DNA from: an uncultured Chthonomonadaceae bacterium
GTDB taxonomy: Bacteria; Armatimonadota; Chthonomonadetes; Chthonomonadales; Chthonomonadaceae
Assembly: GCA_963817895.1 (NCBI GenBank)
Contig: CAWFQB010000005.1
Coordinates: 640,001-704,000, forward strand
Reading direction: 5' to 3'
DNA: 64,000 nt
Shown one piece after another: positions 31,242-41,186 of this stretch. Made by a program: the position numbers and the translations under genes. The notes beneath the pieces were generated by a model, which did no database searches, was not told the DNA's origin, and worked only from the letters and a program-made list of their open reading frames with translations. Numbering within the stretch: position 1 is the stretch's first letter; each line of letters opens with the position of its first letter.

Positions 31242-34200
31242 CTACTGCTTTGTAATCGCCTCATCCAGATTGAGGAGGGAACGCGCCAACAGTGTCCACG
31301 CGGCGCGGGAATTTACATCGCCGTCACCCTGTCCGGCAATCATCACGGCGTTCAGTTCTTTCTTTGCAAGCCGTTCCTTTTGCTGATTGTAGAACTTGAG
31401 CAGCAGATTGGTCTCTTCCGTTGTGGGCGGGCGCGTCAGGCAGTAGCGGAAGAGAAGGGTGACGCGCTCCGTTTCGGTTCCCGATTGCGCGGCCATCTGG
31501 CTGCCCAACGCCTGCGCCGCTTCCACAAACACCTGATCGTTGAGCAGCGTCAGGGCTTGCAGGGGCGTATTGGACACTTCGCGCCGCGCTACGCAGGCTT
31601 CCCCACTCGGCGCATCAAACGTCGTGAACATGGCATAGGGCGCAGTGCGCTTGCTAAACGTATATAAGCCACGCCGATACCGATCATCTCCCATGCTGAC
31701 GTTCCACGTCAGTGGCCCATACGTTCCTTCCGACGTGACACCCGGCGGCTGCGGCGGAAACACGCTCGGTCCGCCGATCTTAGGCGACAGCAGCCCGCTT
31801 GCCGCAAGGGCGCAATCCCGCACCAGTTCCGCATCCAGTCGAACCCGCGAACTCCGCGCCAGCAGTTTATTTTCCGGGTCGGTCTGCATTAATGCGGGCG
31901 TCGCCTGCGAACTTTGCCGATACGCCGCGCTCGTCACGAGAAGACGGTGCAGTTTCTTCAGGGACCAACCGCAGGCAATGGATGAAGGATGAGGGATGAA
32001 GGATGAATCCTGTTTTCTCTCCTCTTCTCCTTTTCTCCTTTTCTCCTTTTCTTCCTCCGCAACGAAGTTGCAGGCAAGCCAATCCAGCAATTCCGGGTGC
32101 GTGGGCGGGTCGCCCTGATAGCCGAAGTCGTCTACGGATTTGACCAATCCCCTGCCGAACAGAGCGGCCCACTGGCGATTGACGACTACGCGGGCGGTGA
32201 GCGGATTTTCGGGCGAGGCGATCCAGCGGGCGAAGGTCAGGCGGTTGGCGGGGGCGTTGACGGGGAAGGGCGGCAGAATAGCAGGTACGCCGGGAGTGAC
32301 GGCTTCTTTGGGCTGTAGGTACTCGCCCCGGTGATGCACAGTCGTCACTCGTGGATTGTTGGCGGGACGCTCGACAAAGGCAAGCGCGGTGGGGTACGCG
32401 GGCATGGTTCGGCGCAGTTGGGCAATCGCGTCACGTTCCGGCTGCAATTCCGGCGCGATGGACAGGAAGTAGGCGCGCAGGGTTTCCTGTTGTGCGGCTT
32501 TGCGTTGTGAAGCCGAAACGAGCAGAGCGGATTCCACATCCGGCGGCAGGGCTTGCAGCCCGTCGGGAGTGTCGGACGTGACGGAAATGCGGAAGCGTCC
32601 CAACGCGGCGGCGAAATACCGCTCGAACACCATGCGGATTGAAAAGGTATCGGCTTTGAGCGGGGCTGACAGGCGAAAAATGGCGACGGTTGCCTCGCCC
32701 TGCCGTCCGCCGATGCTCCATCCGGTGAGAGGTTCGCCGTCTATTGCGGTTTGCGCCGGGTTGCCGCCGTTTTGGGTGGCGTCACGGAAGGACACGGGCT
32801 TGCCGTTCGCGGTTGCGGTCAGTTCGCTCAGGAAGAAATCGCCCGCCCCGCCCTCATAAAACACGCGCCCCGGCCCATGCTGCGGCAAGCGTTCATCGGG
32901 CAGAACTTCCAGCCGGATTGCGGTAACAGGCATATTGGCAGAATTGCGAAAATCCAGATCGTACACGTCGCGCTTGGTCATATCGCCACTGACGAAAATG
33001 GAATCGTCGTTCTGAACCGTCAGCAGGGGCAGGTTGCTTGTCGCCTTTGCAGGACGCAGAACGCGCCAGCGGACGGCGTTGGTTTGCGCCTGCTTCAGCC
33101 ATGCGCCGAACTTCTTGTCCAGATGTTCGCGGCTGCGGAGTTCAAGCGGGCGCGAATCGTTGTTGTCATGCCCCAAACTCAAGCGGAAGCGTCCAATCGT
33201 GTGATGCCCGCCGTAGTTTTGTTCCAATTGGAACGTCCACTTGCCGCCTTTTGGGAAATGCAGGGGTTTGTCGAGCGTGAAAATCGCGGTTCGGGCAACA
33301 TTCCAATTCCCCTGTCCCGCAATGGCCCAACCCGTATGACTATCGTCATCAAGGGCGTTTTGCGCGGGAAAGCCGTCCTGCGCGAAGTCGGCCACGCCGC
33401 GAACAAATTTAACGGGAACGCTTTTGTCGGGCGTATCTTTGGACGCAACCGTTGCCTTCAACTCGGTCAGGACAAAGTTGCCGTGCGGCGTTCGTCCCGG
33501 CCCATTGCTGCCAAGCGACGAATCGGGCAGAACTTCCAACTTCACCTGACTGACTTCCGAGATCGGTACTGTCCAGCGTGACTGTGTACGTGTCCAACTC
33601 CGGGTTTACGCCCGACAATCGCAGCGAATTATCCGGCAGCCGTTCTCCTGTTGCGCCGGAAACCGTTGCGATTGTGGCAGCGGGGGCGGCAGACCATTGC
33701 ACATCCGCTTCGGGCGGGAACTGCTCGGCCAGTTTCGCGGTTCGCGCCAGTGCTTGCGCTTCGATAGCGTTGCGTTTGGCGGTAATATCGGGCGTGGTCA
33801 CGTCAATGGTCGGCTCTTCCGTGTTGTCCAGACACGCCATGAAACCGTAATACTCTTTTTGCGTGATGGGATCGAACTTGTGTGTGTGGCACTGGGCGCA
33901 GCCGATTGTCAGGCCGAGCCATGCGGTTCCGGTTGTTGCCGTCCGGTCAACGAGCGAGTAAAAGCGGTATTCGAGCGGATCAATGCCGCCCTCCTCGTTG
34001 AGCATCGTGTTGCGGTGAAAGCCCGTCGCGATTTTCTGGTCAAGCGTGGCATTGGGAAGCATGTCGCCTGCGATCTGTTCAATCGTGAACTGATTGAACG
34101 GCATGTCATGGTTTAAGGCGTTGATAACCCAATCCCGGTACGGCCATACGGAACGCGGGCGGTCTTTTTCATAGCCGTTCGTGTCGGCGTAGCGGGCCAA

Positions 34201-34947
34201 ATCCAGCCAGCGGCGCGCCCACTTTTCGCCATAATGCGGGCTGTCAAGCAATCGGTCTACCAGTTTTTCGTAAGCGTCGGGAGCGGTGTCTTTCAGGAAA
34301 GCGTCGGCCTCTTCGGGCGTAGGCGGAATCCCGATAAGGTCCAGATACACGCGGCGAACGAGGGTATAGCGGTCGGCGGGCGGCGAAGGTTTCAATCCCT
34401 GCTGTTCCAGGCGGGCAAGGATAAAATTGTCAATCGGATTGCGCGGCCAATTCGTGTTCTTGACGCGGGGAACAGGCGCGGATTTGGGCGGCACAAACGC
34501 CCAATGCGGCTGATACGTCGCGCCGTTCGCAATCCACTGTTTCAGCGTATCTTTTTCTTTATTGGAAAGCGGCTTGTTGGCATACGCGGGCGGCATGATG
34601 TCGTTTCCATGCGAGAAAACGCGCGCCACAAGCGTACTCGCCTCCGGCTTGCCCGGCATAACCGCCTTCCGCCCACTGCTCAACAACGCCAACGCGCCCG
34701 CCCGCTGATCCAATCGCAATTTCGCCTGCCGCTGCCCCTCATCCGGCCCGTGACACTTGAAACAATGCTGCGACAAAATAGGCCGAACGTCGCGGTTATA
34801 ATCCACGCCGCGACCAACACCCGCGCTTTGTTTACCATTGAGTTCCGGTTTCCGAACCGCATTTTGCGCCACGCCACTCCCCGTAACTCCGGCAAGCGTC
34901 GCGCCCATCAGAAACATCAGAACTTTTCCCCGCCTGCTCACTGGCAT
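31242..34947 (-). CDS. Planctomycete cytochrome c + DUF1549/DUF1553 (PSD1) protein; frameshift near 33550
   Basis: [71 protein letters not shown]. Confidence 0.92.
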
Positions 34948-35138
34948 AATTCCAATTCTCTCCTCATCGCCCGTGTCACTCCATTGTGACGCCCCATTCC
35001 CGCCGATGTTGCTAATTCATGTTACTGCATACAACGCGCGTCTGCCACATTTTCGCGGTGAACTCCTTGACAACAGGGAATTCGCTGGCTATACTGATGC
35101 TATATTTCCGTATGTTTATGCCCATAAGGATCGAAACT

Positions 35139-35387
35139 ATGGCTCTCTTAGAGGGTATTCAGCCCGTCTCAACCCCAACACCAACGCACGCCCCTTCCTT
35201 CCATAAACCAAAGGAAGAAATAGTTCCCTCTGCCCCTGATGTATCCGACGAGCAGGCTGCTCATTTCCATGTCGTGGATGAAGACGGCATACAGGTGCTG
35301 TCGTTTCCTGACCTGAAAGTAGAGAATTGGGACGCTCTGCTGGAGGAAGAAAGGGAAGCATTTGTCTCCTACACTGCCAAAAGTTGA
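35139..35387 (+). CDS. Putative antitoxin of the downstream PIN toxin
   Basis: AAGGA RBS; 82 aa with acidic C-terminus (LLEEERE) overlapping the PIN gene. Confidence 0.65.
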   Translation: MALLEGIQPVSTPTPTHAPSFHKPKEEIVPSAPDVSDEQAAHFHVVDEDGIQVLSFPDLKVENWDALLEEEREAFVSYTAKS

Positions 35388-35844
35388 TAAGGCGTTGTTT
35401 GATACCAACACCGTTATCGCGGCAACCATTCTACAGCATCCGCATCATGCGGCGGCTCTGGCGTGGTTTCAACGTGTCCGACGCAAAGAGATTGAAGGAT
35501 TTCTCAGTTCTCATTCTTTAGCCGAAATCTTCAGCATTTTAACGACGGAAAAAGGTCCGTTCAAACTTTCCGCCCAAGACGCATTAAGCCATATCAAGAA
35601 GGGTATTCTGCCTTACGTACAGGTTGTGTCTGTAGACGCCAACGATTATCTTTCGCTGCTGGAACATCTGGCGAGTATGGGGATAAAAGGCGCGAAAGTC
35701 TATGACGGCCTGATTGCTTTTGTGGCGTGGAAAGCAAACGTGGATTATCTCGTCACGATAAACAAGACTCATTTTGATGCTATCTTCCCCGCGTACAAAG
35801 ACAAAATCATCAATCCTGTGGCGAATGTAAATACCACTCCTTGA
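35362..35844 (+). CDS. PIN-domain (VapC-like) toxin
   Basis: ALFDTNTVIAA, SLAE, YDGLI, LVTIN..HF acidic PIN motifs. Confidence 0.88.
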   Translation: MSPTLPKVDKALFDTNTVIAATILQHPHHAAALAWFQRVRRKEIEGFLSSHSLAEIFSILTTEKGPFKLSAQDALSHIKKGILPYVQVVSVDANDYLSLLEHLASMGIKGAKVYDGLIAFVAWKANVDYLVTINKTHFDAIFPAYKDKIINPVANVNTTP

Positions 35845-35886
35845 TATATCAGAGTTGTCGAAGCAAAGGAATTAAAGGAAAACCTG

Positions 35887-36114
35887 ATGATAAAAACACT
35901 GCAAAAGCACGGGAACAGTCAGGCGTTGGTGCTGGATAAGACGATCATGGAGATGCTGAACATAGACGCCGACACGCCGCTACAGGTCAGCGTCAGCAAC
36001 GGTTCCCTGATTGTCACGCCCGTCAACCGGGGCATTGCGCCCGAAGAGGTCACAGACTCGCTGAACCGATTACGGCCCCGTTACAAACAGATGCTTGAAA
36101 ACCTTGCTAAATGA
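35887..36114 (+). CDS. AbrB/MazE-family antitoxin
   Basis: KTLQKHGNSQALVLDK swapped-hairpin motif; ATGA overlap with doc. Confidence 0.9.
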   Translation: MIKTLQKHGNSQALVLDKTIMEMLNIDADTPLQVSVSNGSLIVTPVNRGIAPEEVTDSLNRLRPRYKQMLENLAK

Positions 36115-36554
36115 GTGTGCCGGGGAGCGAGCCGAACATGATTGACGAAAACGCCATTCGTTTTCTTGATGTTGCCAACGTGATTGCCATTCATGCTGAT
36201 ACCATACAGAAGGAGGGCGGTCTGGCGGGAATACGCGACATGGGGTTGCTGGAATCGGCGGTTGCCATGCCGCAGCAGCAATGGGCTGGCGTTGTGTTGC
36301 ATCCCGGACTGGCCGCAAAAGCCGCGGCGTACCTTTTCCACATTACCGCCAACCACGCCTTTGCCGATGGCAACAAACGCGCGGGCGTTCTATCCGCCCT
36401 CGTGTTTTTGGATCAAAACGGCGTAGACATCGAGCAGTTGCCGCCGCAGGAAGAACTGGAAAAAGTCACGATGGACGTAGCCGCAGGCAAAATGAGCAAA
36501 GAGGAACTGACCACATGGATGCGCAAGGCTTTGAGTGAGCCAGAGGAACTCTGA
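36111..36554 (+). CDS. doc: Doc/Fic-family toxin (death-on-curing)
   Basis: GIRDMGLLESAVAMP, NHAFADGNKR. Confidence 0.92.
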   Translation: MSVPGSEPNMIDENAIRFLDVANVIAIHADTIQKEGGLAGIRDMGLLESAVAMPQQQWAGVVLHPGLAAKAAAYLFHITANHAFADGNKRAGVLSALVFLDQNGVDIEQLPPQEELEKVTMDVAAGKMSKEELTTWMRKALSEPEEL

Positions 36555-36586
36555 TTGTCCTCCGTGTTATCATGCTAGAGAGGTAG

Positions 36587-36778
36587 TCAGGGTTCTTCCA
36601 CCGGCGCAATTAAATACGATACATGGTGCAGTATGACAACATAAAGTTCATTTATAGTTGTCTCTATGGTAACACGCTCGTCATCTTGGTCTACACGGTT
36701 CTGGCCGACGATAACTCGTGCCGCCTGCATTACGGCCCTTCTTAGTGCTGCCTCTTGTGTTTTCTGCTCCTGATCCAT
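36587..36778 (-). CDS. 63-aa helical hypothetical protein
   Basis: Strong AGGAGG RBS before ATG at 36778; last gene of a minus-strand trio. Confidence 0.7.
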   Translation of the reverse strand: MDQEQKTQEAALRRAVMQAARVIVGQNRVDQDDERVTIETTINELYVVILHHVSYLIAPVEEP

Positions 36779-36874
36779 GCTATGTCCTCCTAAATCATTT
36801 TGCACTCCAGTCTCGTCTGCGCAGGCAGTGGCGTATCCATAGTATTCCTGCGTAAAGGCGACACCGAGGTTGTT

Positions 36875-37609
36875 TTATGAAGGCTGCTCGTCAGAGGTAG
36901 ATACGCCGATGTAGGGTAGGTTCCGAAAGCAGACGTGTTGATCCATGCCGTAGCCAACTACCCAACCTGCTTCAACCTGAAAACCCGTATAGCGAACTTC
37001 CGGCACAGGGATATAGTGTTCTTGGAGTTTGTTGATGAGGACGCAGGCTTTTACCCTGCGCGGGTGTTGCTCATAAAGGGCGCTGATGACAGCATCAAGT
37101 GTCTGCCCTGTGTGCATCAGAGTGTCTACGAGCAACACCTGCTTACCCGCAACGGAAAACGGAATCTGCTGTGTTGCCCGGAATTGCGAAATGTCCAGAG
37201 ACTGCACTTCTACGGGCAGTTGATTGCCAATTTCGCGTACCAGATCGGCAACGAACAACGCGGCTTGCGGCAACATTCCCACGAGGCACACAGACATTCC
37301 GGTTTTAGCGTAATCCTGTACGATTTGCGTACTCAGTTCGGCAACCCTGCGCGCGATTTGTTCCGGTGAAAACAGTACGGCAATGTCACCATTCAGGTTC
37401 GCCATAGTCGGCAGGAGAGGTTCCTCCTCGATAAAAGCAGGAAGCGTATAGGGAAGGTCATTGTCACCGGTGATATTGCCTTCCAACCTGCCTTCACGAA
37501 GCGCGGTCAGGAACGGGTCTTTTTGTTCCGTTGCTTCTGCCATTTTCGGCGAGTCGTATGCTTGTACAGTCATGCTGGTATTCCCGTCGCTGCAAACGAT
37601 GTTCCTCAC
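36875..37609 (-). CDS. HPRT-like type I phosphoribosyltransferase with degenerate active site and N-terminal extension
   Basis: LFSPEQIARRVAEL..QI..DY and VVGYGMD...FRNLPYIG match HPRT; LKG is replaced by LPQ, the SSY loop is missing, EDIID is replaced by DTLMH. Confidence 0.8.
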   Translation of the reverse strand: MRNIVCSDGNTSMTVQAYDSPKMAEATEQKDPFLTALREGRLEGNITGDNDLPYTLPAFIEEEPLLPTMANLNGDIAVLFSPEQIARRVAELSTQIVQDYAKTGMSVCLVGMLPQAALFVADLVREIGNQLPVEVQSLDISQFRATQQIPFSVAGKQVLLVDTLMHTGQTLDAVISALYEQHPRRVKACVLINKLQEHYIPVPEVRYTGFQVEAGWVVGYGMDQHVCFRNLPYIGVSTSDEQPS

Positions 37610-37630
37610 GGATACACAGTGAATTATCTG

Positions 37631-38284
37631 TCAGGGAAGCCATCCCAAATCCCCGAACATATCCTCAATCGCCGCGTGAATGGCGCGAAATTCTGCTGAG
37701 TCCCAATGCCATTGCGGACCGTCAGCAGGATGCCGAAAGACATCTAACTGCCGCTTGCCTTCATTCGTGCCATATTGTTCAAGCACGTATTGGGCGTAAC
37801 TTCGCGCCCATAGTTCCGTCGGATGCAGAAGATAATCGTAAACTCTTTGTTCTGTCGGGGAGGTCCGCTTCTGCTCATCGGCTAACCGCTGTACCAACGC
37901 GCTTTCCTGTACCGCCTGACGCCATCTTTGCATGGCAGGGAGCGAACTTCTTTCCGAAGCAAAGCGGCAATCGGTATCCAGAAAAACATAATCCAGATGA
38001 TGACCGACTTCGTGATAGAATACCAATTCCACAATCGGGCAGTCATTCGCAACTACGATCCGGTGCGGCCACCACTGGTACTCGCCACATCTATCTTTGA
38101 AAACGCCCCTGTGCTGCTGATAATCAACGTCCGCAATACAAACCTCTGCATGTTCCGGCCATAGCCAACACCAGTGGATATTGTCAAGAGCGATAAGCGC
38201 GTCCTGAATCTTGCTGCGAACCGCTTCATTCGCGCTTGGTGAAATATCCAGAGATCGGCTCACAGGAGCGACCGTTCTATACAT
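37631..38284 (-). CDS. Zincin-type metallopeptidase (HExxH; LPD1/MuF-toxin-like)
   Basis: FYHEVGHHLD plus YLLHPTELWARSYAQY (third-ligand Glu helix). Confidence 0.7.
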   Translation of the reverse strand: MYRTVAPVSRSLDISPSANEAVRSKIQDALIALDNIHWCWLWPEHAEVCIADVDYQQHRGVFKDRCGEYQWWPHRIVVANDCPIVELVFYHEVGHHLDYVFLDTDCRFASERSSLPAMQRWRQAVQESALVQRLADEQKRTSPTEQRVYDYLLHPTELWARSYAQYVLEQYGTNEGKRQLDVFRHPADGPQWHWDSAEFRAIHAAIEDMFGDLGWLP

Positions 38285-38452
38285 CTGTTTTGTCTCAGTC
38301 CGTTAGTATTGAGAACTTCCCTATCTCTCTTCATTTACCATGCTACCGTATCTTCCGCGCCTTGTCAAGCGTCTGTCATGAGGGCGTAACAGAGAGTGTC
38401 CTTCAACCTTTTGAACGATAGATGAGGTCGAATTTGCTTTCGAGAACCGTCC

Positions 38453-38494
38453 CATTCTGGAAACAGAGGAAATTCCCCTGCCCGCCGCGAATGA
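38453..38494 (+). repeat. 42-bp copy of the 3' end of the SRPBCC gene (46068-46109)
   Basis: CATTCTGGAAACAGAGGA(A/G)ATTCCCCTGCCCGCCGCGAATGA, 41/42 identical. Confidence 0.9.
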
Positions 38495-38579
38495 CAACGC
38501 GAAGTAAATCTTGCAGTTGGGCTGTGGTATCATAGTCGAAAGAAGTACATCTCCCTCTCGTGTTTTGTTGAGGTTATTC

Positions 38580-38669
38580 ATGCCCGCTCAAGATTTTATT
38601 CATCAACCCGTGAAGAACGCGCTGCTCAAACCTGAAATGCGGCCTTATACCGAATTTGCCATCGCCTGA
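38580..38669 (+). pseudogene. Collapsed XisH-XisI relic (XisH N-terminus fused to XisI C-terminus)
   Basis: MPAQDFIHQPVKNALLK-PEMRPYTEFAIA; compare MPVEDKIHSAVRNALIK and PDRRPYTEFAVA in the adjacent genes. Confidence 0.85.
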
Positions 38670-38731
38670 TATAGCTTGTGCAGGAGAAGCAAAACATCAT
38701 TCGCGCTTCTGTTCTCACTGTGGAAAACTGA

Positions 38732-39167
38732 ATGCCTGTAGAAGATAAAATTCATAGCGCGGTACGAAACGCGCTTATCAAAGACGGCTGGACGATTACA
38801 CAAGAGCCGTTCACTATCGAATACGAGTCAGATCGTTTCTACGCGGATATTTTGCGCTTTTCGCGAAGAGGATACTGACGGAACACGGCGCGTCATTGTT
38901 GTGGAGGTCAAAACTTTCGCAGGCGCATCGCCAATGCGGGAATTTGAATTAGCGCTCGGCCAGTATGAAATCTACCGGGACTTACTGGAAATGAACGCGC
39001 TCGGCTACGACCTTTACCTTGCAATTGATAGTGACGCCTACCGGAAGCTATCGCTTCGCCCAACGTTTCGATTGATTTGCGTGCGGCATCGTGTGGCGCT
39101 TCTGATTGTGGAAGCGCAAACGGAGGAGATTGTTCAATGGATAAACGCGACACCTACGCCGCCATAG
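38732..39167 (+). CDS. xisH: XisH-family (restriction endonuclease-fold) protein; frameshift near 38850
   Basis: MPVEDKIHSAVRNALIKDGWTIT, VEVKTF, ALGQYEIY, LYLAI, EEIVQWI. Confidence 0.88.
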
Positions 39168-39478
39168 TTCGGGAAACGCTTGCCCGGTCGCCCTATTATG
39201 TCTATGGCTCCACAAACAAGGAGATCGAGACGGAACTTATCTGCGACGACGCCAAAGGGCAGTATATGCTGCTCGACATCGGCTGGCGCGACGGCAAACG
39301 CGCGTTTCATCCCATTGTGTATGTACGTATCAAGAATGACAAAATCTGGATGGAAGAGGATTGGACAGAGGACGGCATCACGGACGATTTGCTGCGGGCG
39401 GGCGTTCCAAAAGAGGACATCGTTCTGGCATTCCATTCTCCTGACAGGCGACCTTACACCGAGTTCGCCGTCGCCTAA
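39137..39478 (+). CDS. xisI: XisI-family protein
   Basis: GW, IKNDKIWMEEDWTEDGITDDLLRAGVPKEDIVLAFH...RPYTEFAVA. Confidence 0.92.
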   Translation: MDKRDTYAAIVRETLARSPYYVYGSTNKEIETELICDDAKGQYMLLDIGWRDGKRAFHPIVYVRIKNDKIWMEEDWTEDGITDDLLRAGVPKEDIVLAFHSPDRRPYTEFAVA

Positions 39479-39550
39479 TGTATAATGAAAATTCGTGCGA
39501 TTAGAGTGTCTTGGCGTATACTCAATGTAGCCCTCAATCAGTAGGATGAT

Positions 39551-40385
39551 ATGGCAATCGATCCAATAATTAGCAATGCTAGTGCCGCAACTCGCCACTA
39601 CATCTCCGCCCGTTCTGTCATTATAGGGGGAGTAACTGAAGATGGACAGTATTTTCACACGGGATCAGGAACCTGTGTCAGCATAGGGAAGCGCTTCTTT
39701 ATCGCTACAGCGGCACATGTAGTTATGTCCCAATCCAATGGCAATATATTTGTTGTCAACGGTAAGGAAGCACATGCAATCAATTGTAATGTTGTGATTG
39801 GGATGGGATACCGAGGAGGAAAAGAGCAAGATATAGTTGATATTGCTTGGCTTGAGGTTGATGCCACTCAACTGCCCTTGAAGTCCTTCATCAATGTGAC
39901 ACAACTAAAACCAGACACAGTACATGTTCCTGACGATTGGCTATTGATACACGGCTATCCACAAGAATGGCAAACTAAAGAGGGCGAAGGAGAATTAGCT
40001 GCTGACTCAATTACTCATTCAACTACTACCATAGAATCCGATGAATTGGCCTACTACTTATGATAGCAATGGCGATGAACAACCATTATGGAACACATCG
40101 AATGACATAATCATTGATTATACTGACGAAGGTAATACGTTGGAAAGTGGCGAAAGTGTCGAACTTCCTCTTGGCGACGGAATGAGCGGAGGAGGAGTTT
40201 GGGTAGCAAGACCCGTAGGTGACTATACTTGGCGACCGGATACTATAATTTGGCAGCCTGAAGCTAAACTGGTGGGGATAATTAGAACATGGCGGTCTTA
40301 TGAGCATTTAATTCGTGGGACGCAAATTGGACACTGGCTAACCATGATATATGAAGACATTCCAGAACTTCGAGATTCACCGTAA
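39551..40385 (+). CDS. Trypsin-like (S1) serine protease, AT-rich; frameshift near 40058
   Basis: GSGTCV, ATAAHVV (His), DIAWL (Asp), GMSGGGVW (Ser, in second frame). Confidence 0.8.
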
Positions 40386-40455
40386 ACCTCAAGAGGGCTA
40401 AAAAGTTGAGAGGTAAGTGTTTGGATTGGATTCATGTCTTTGATTTACTTGCCAT

Positions 40456-40570
40456 TACTGAGCGTTGCATAAAGAAATTAACTTTGCCCGGTCGCTGGAA
40501 CTGGTAGATATAATCCTAAGTACGGTGTTCACTCTGTTCTGGATTTTACTTCTTTATGCAACGCTCAGTA
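40456..40570 (+). mobile_element. MITE-like element, copy 1 (115 bp)
   Basis: Perfect 21-bp terminal inverted repeats TACTGAGCGTTGCATAAAGAA / TTCTTTATGCAACGCTCAGTA; inverted copy at 44311-44424. Confidence 0.8.
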
Positions 40571-40686
40571 ACTTAAATGCCCCCTTTTCAATGAAAAGTC
40601 ACTACCCCTGTGTGCCACAATAGGTTGAGACAAAATCCCGTACACGAAATAGTGTAGATCGCCAGGGCGGAGAATGGATTTCTCAG

Positions 40687-41133
40687 ATGAATACGCCGTT
40701 GACAGACAGCCCAACCACTCGCCTCACCAACAATGGACACCACAGCGCGCCCTCCCCCGCGCTGCGCCCGGAGGCGCAGGTGCAAACGCGCCCCACGCGC
40801 CGCCGCTTTACCGCTGCGTACAAGCTGCGCATCCTTAAAGAAGCCGACGCCTGCGTCAAGCCGGGAGAGTTGGGGGCGCTGCTTCGCCGCGAAGGGCTGT
40901 ACTCCTCCACGCTTGCCAACTTCCGCAAACTGCGCGAGGCGGGTCAGTTGGGCGAGAAGAACTCTGCCCAGGCGCAGAAGCAGCGCAAAGACAAAGAAGC
41001 CGCCCGCCAACGCGATGCCCGCAGGATGGCCGCTCTGGAAACCGAGAACCAGAAACTGCGCGTTCTGCTGGAACTCCAAAAAAAAGTAGCGGCCTTGCTC
41101 GACCTGACACTGGAAGAAACGCCGCCCGAATAA
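40687..41133 (+). CDS. IS3-family transposase OrfA
   Basis: RRRFTAAYKLRIL..AD, GALLRREGLYSS; A8G slippery run at 41078-41086 whose -1 frame is open into orfB. Confidence 0.9.
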   Translation: MNTPLTDSPTTRLTNNGHHSAPSPALRPEAQVQTRPTRRRFTAAYKLRILKEADACVKPGELGALLRREGLYSSTLANFRKLREAGQLGEKNSAQAQKQRKDKEAARQRDARRMAALETENQKLRVLLELQKKVAALLDLTLEETPPE

Positions 41134-41186
41134 GCCTGGTTGCCGAAGCGGGCGCAACGACCGGGATTGGCCGCGCCTGTGATGCG

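Noticed and set aside
36875..37609. Calling this gene the housekeeping hpt
   Set aside because: Catalytic motifs are altered and the context is an accessory island, so no gene symbol is assigned
38732..39478. Intact fdxN-type excision element
   Set aside because: No XisF-like serine recombinase; xisHI pairs commonly occur stand-alone
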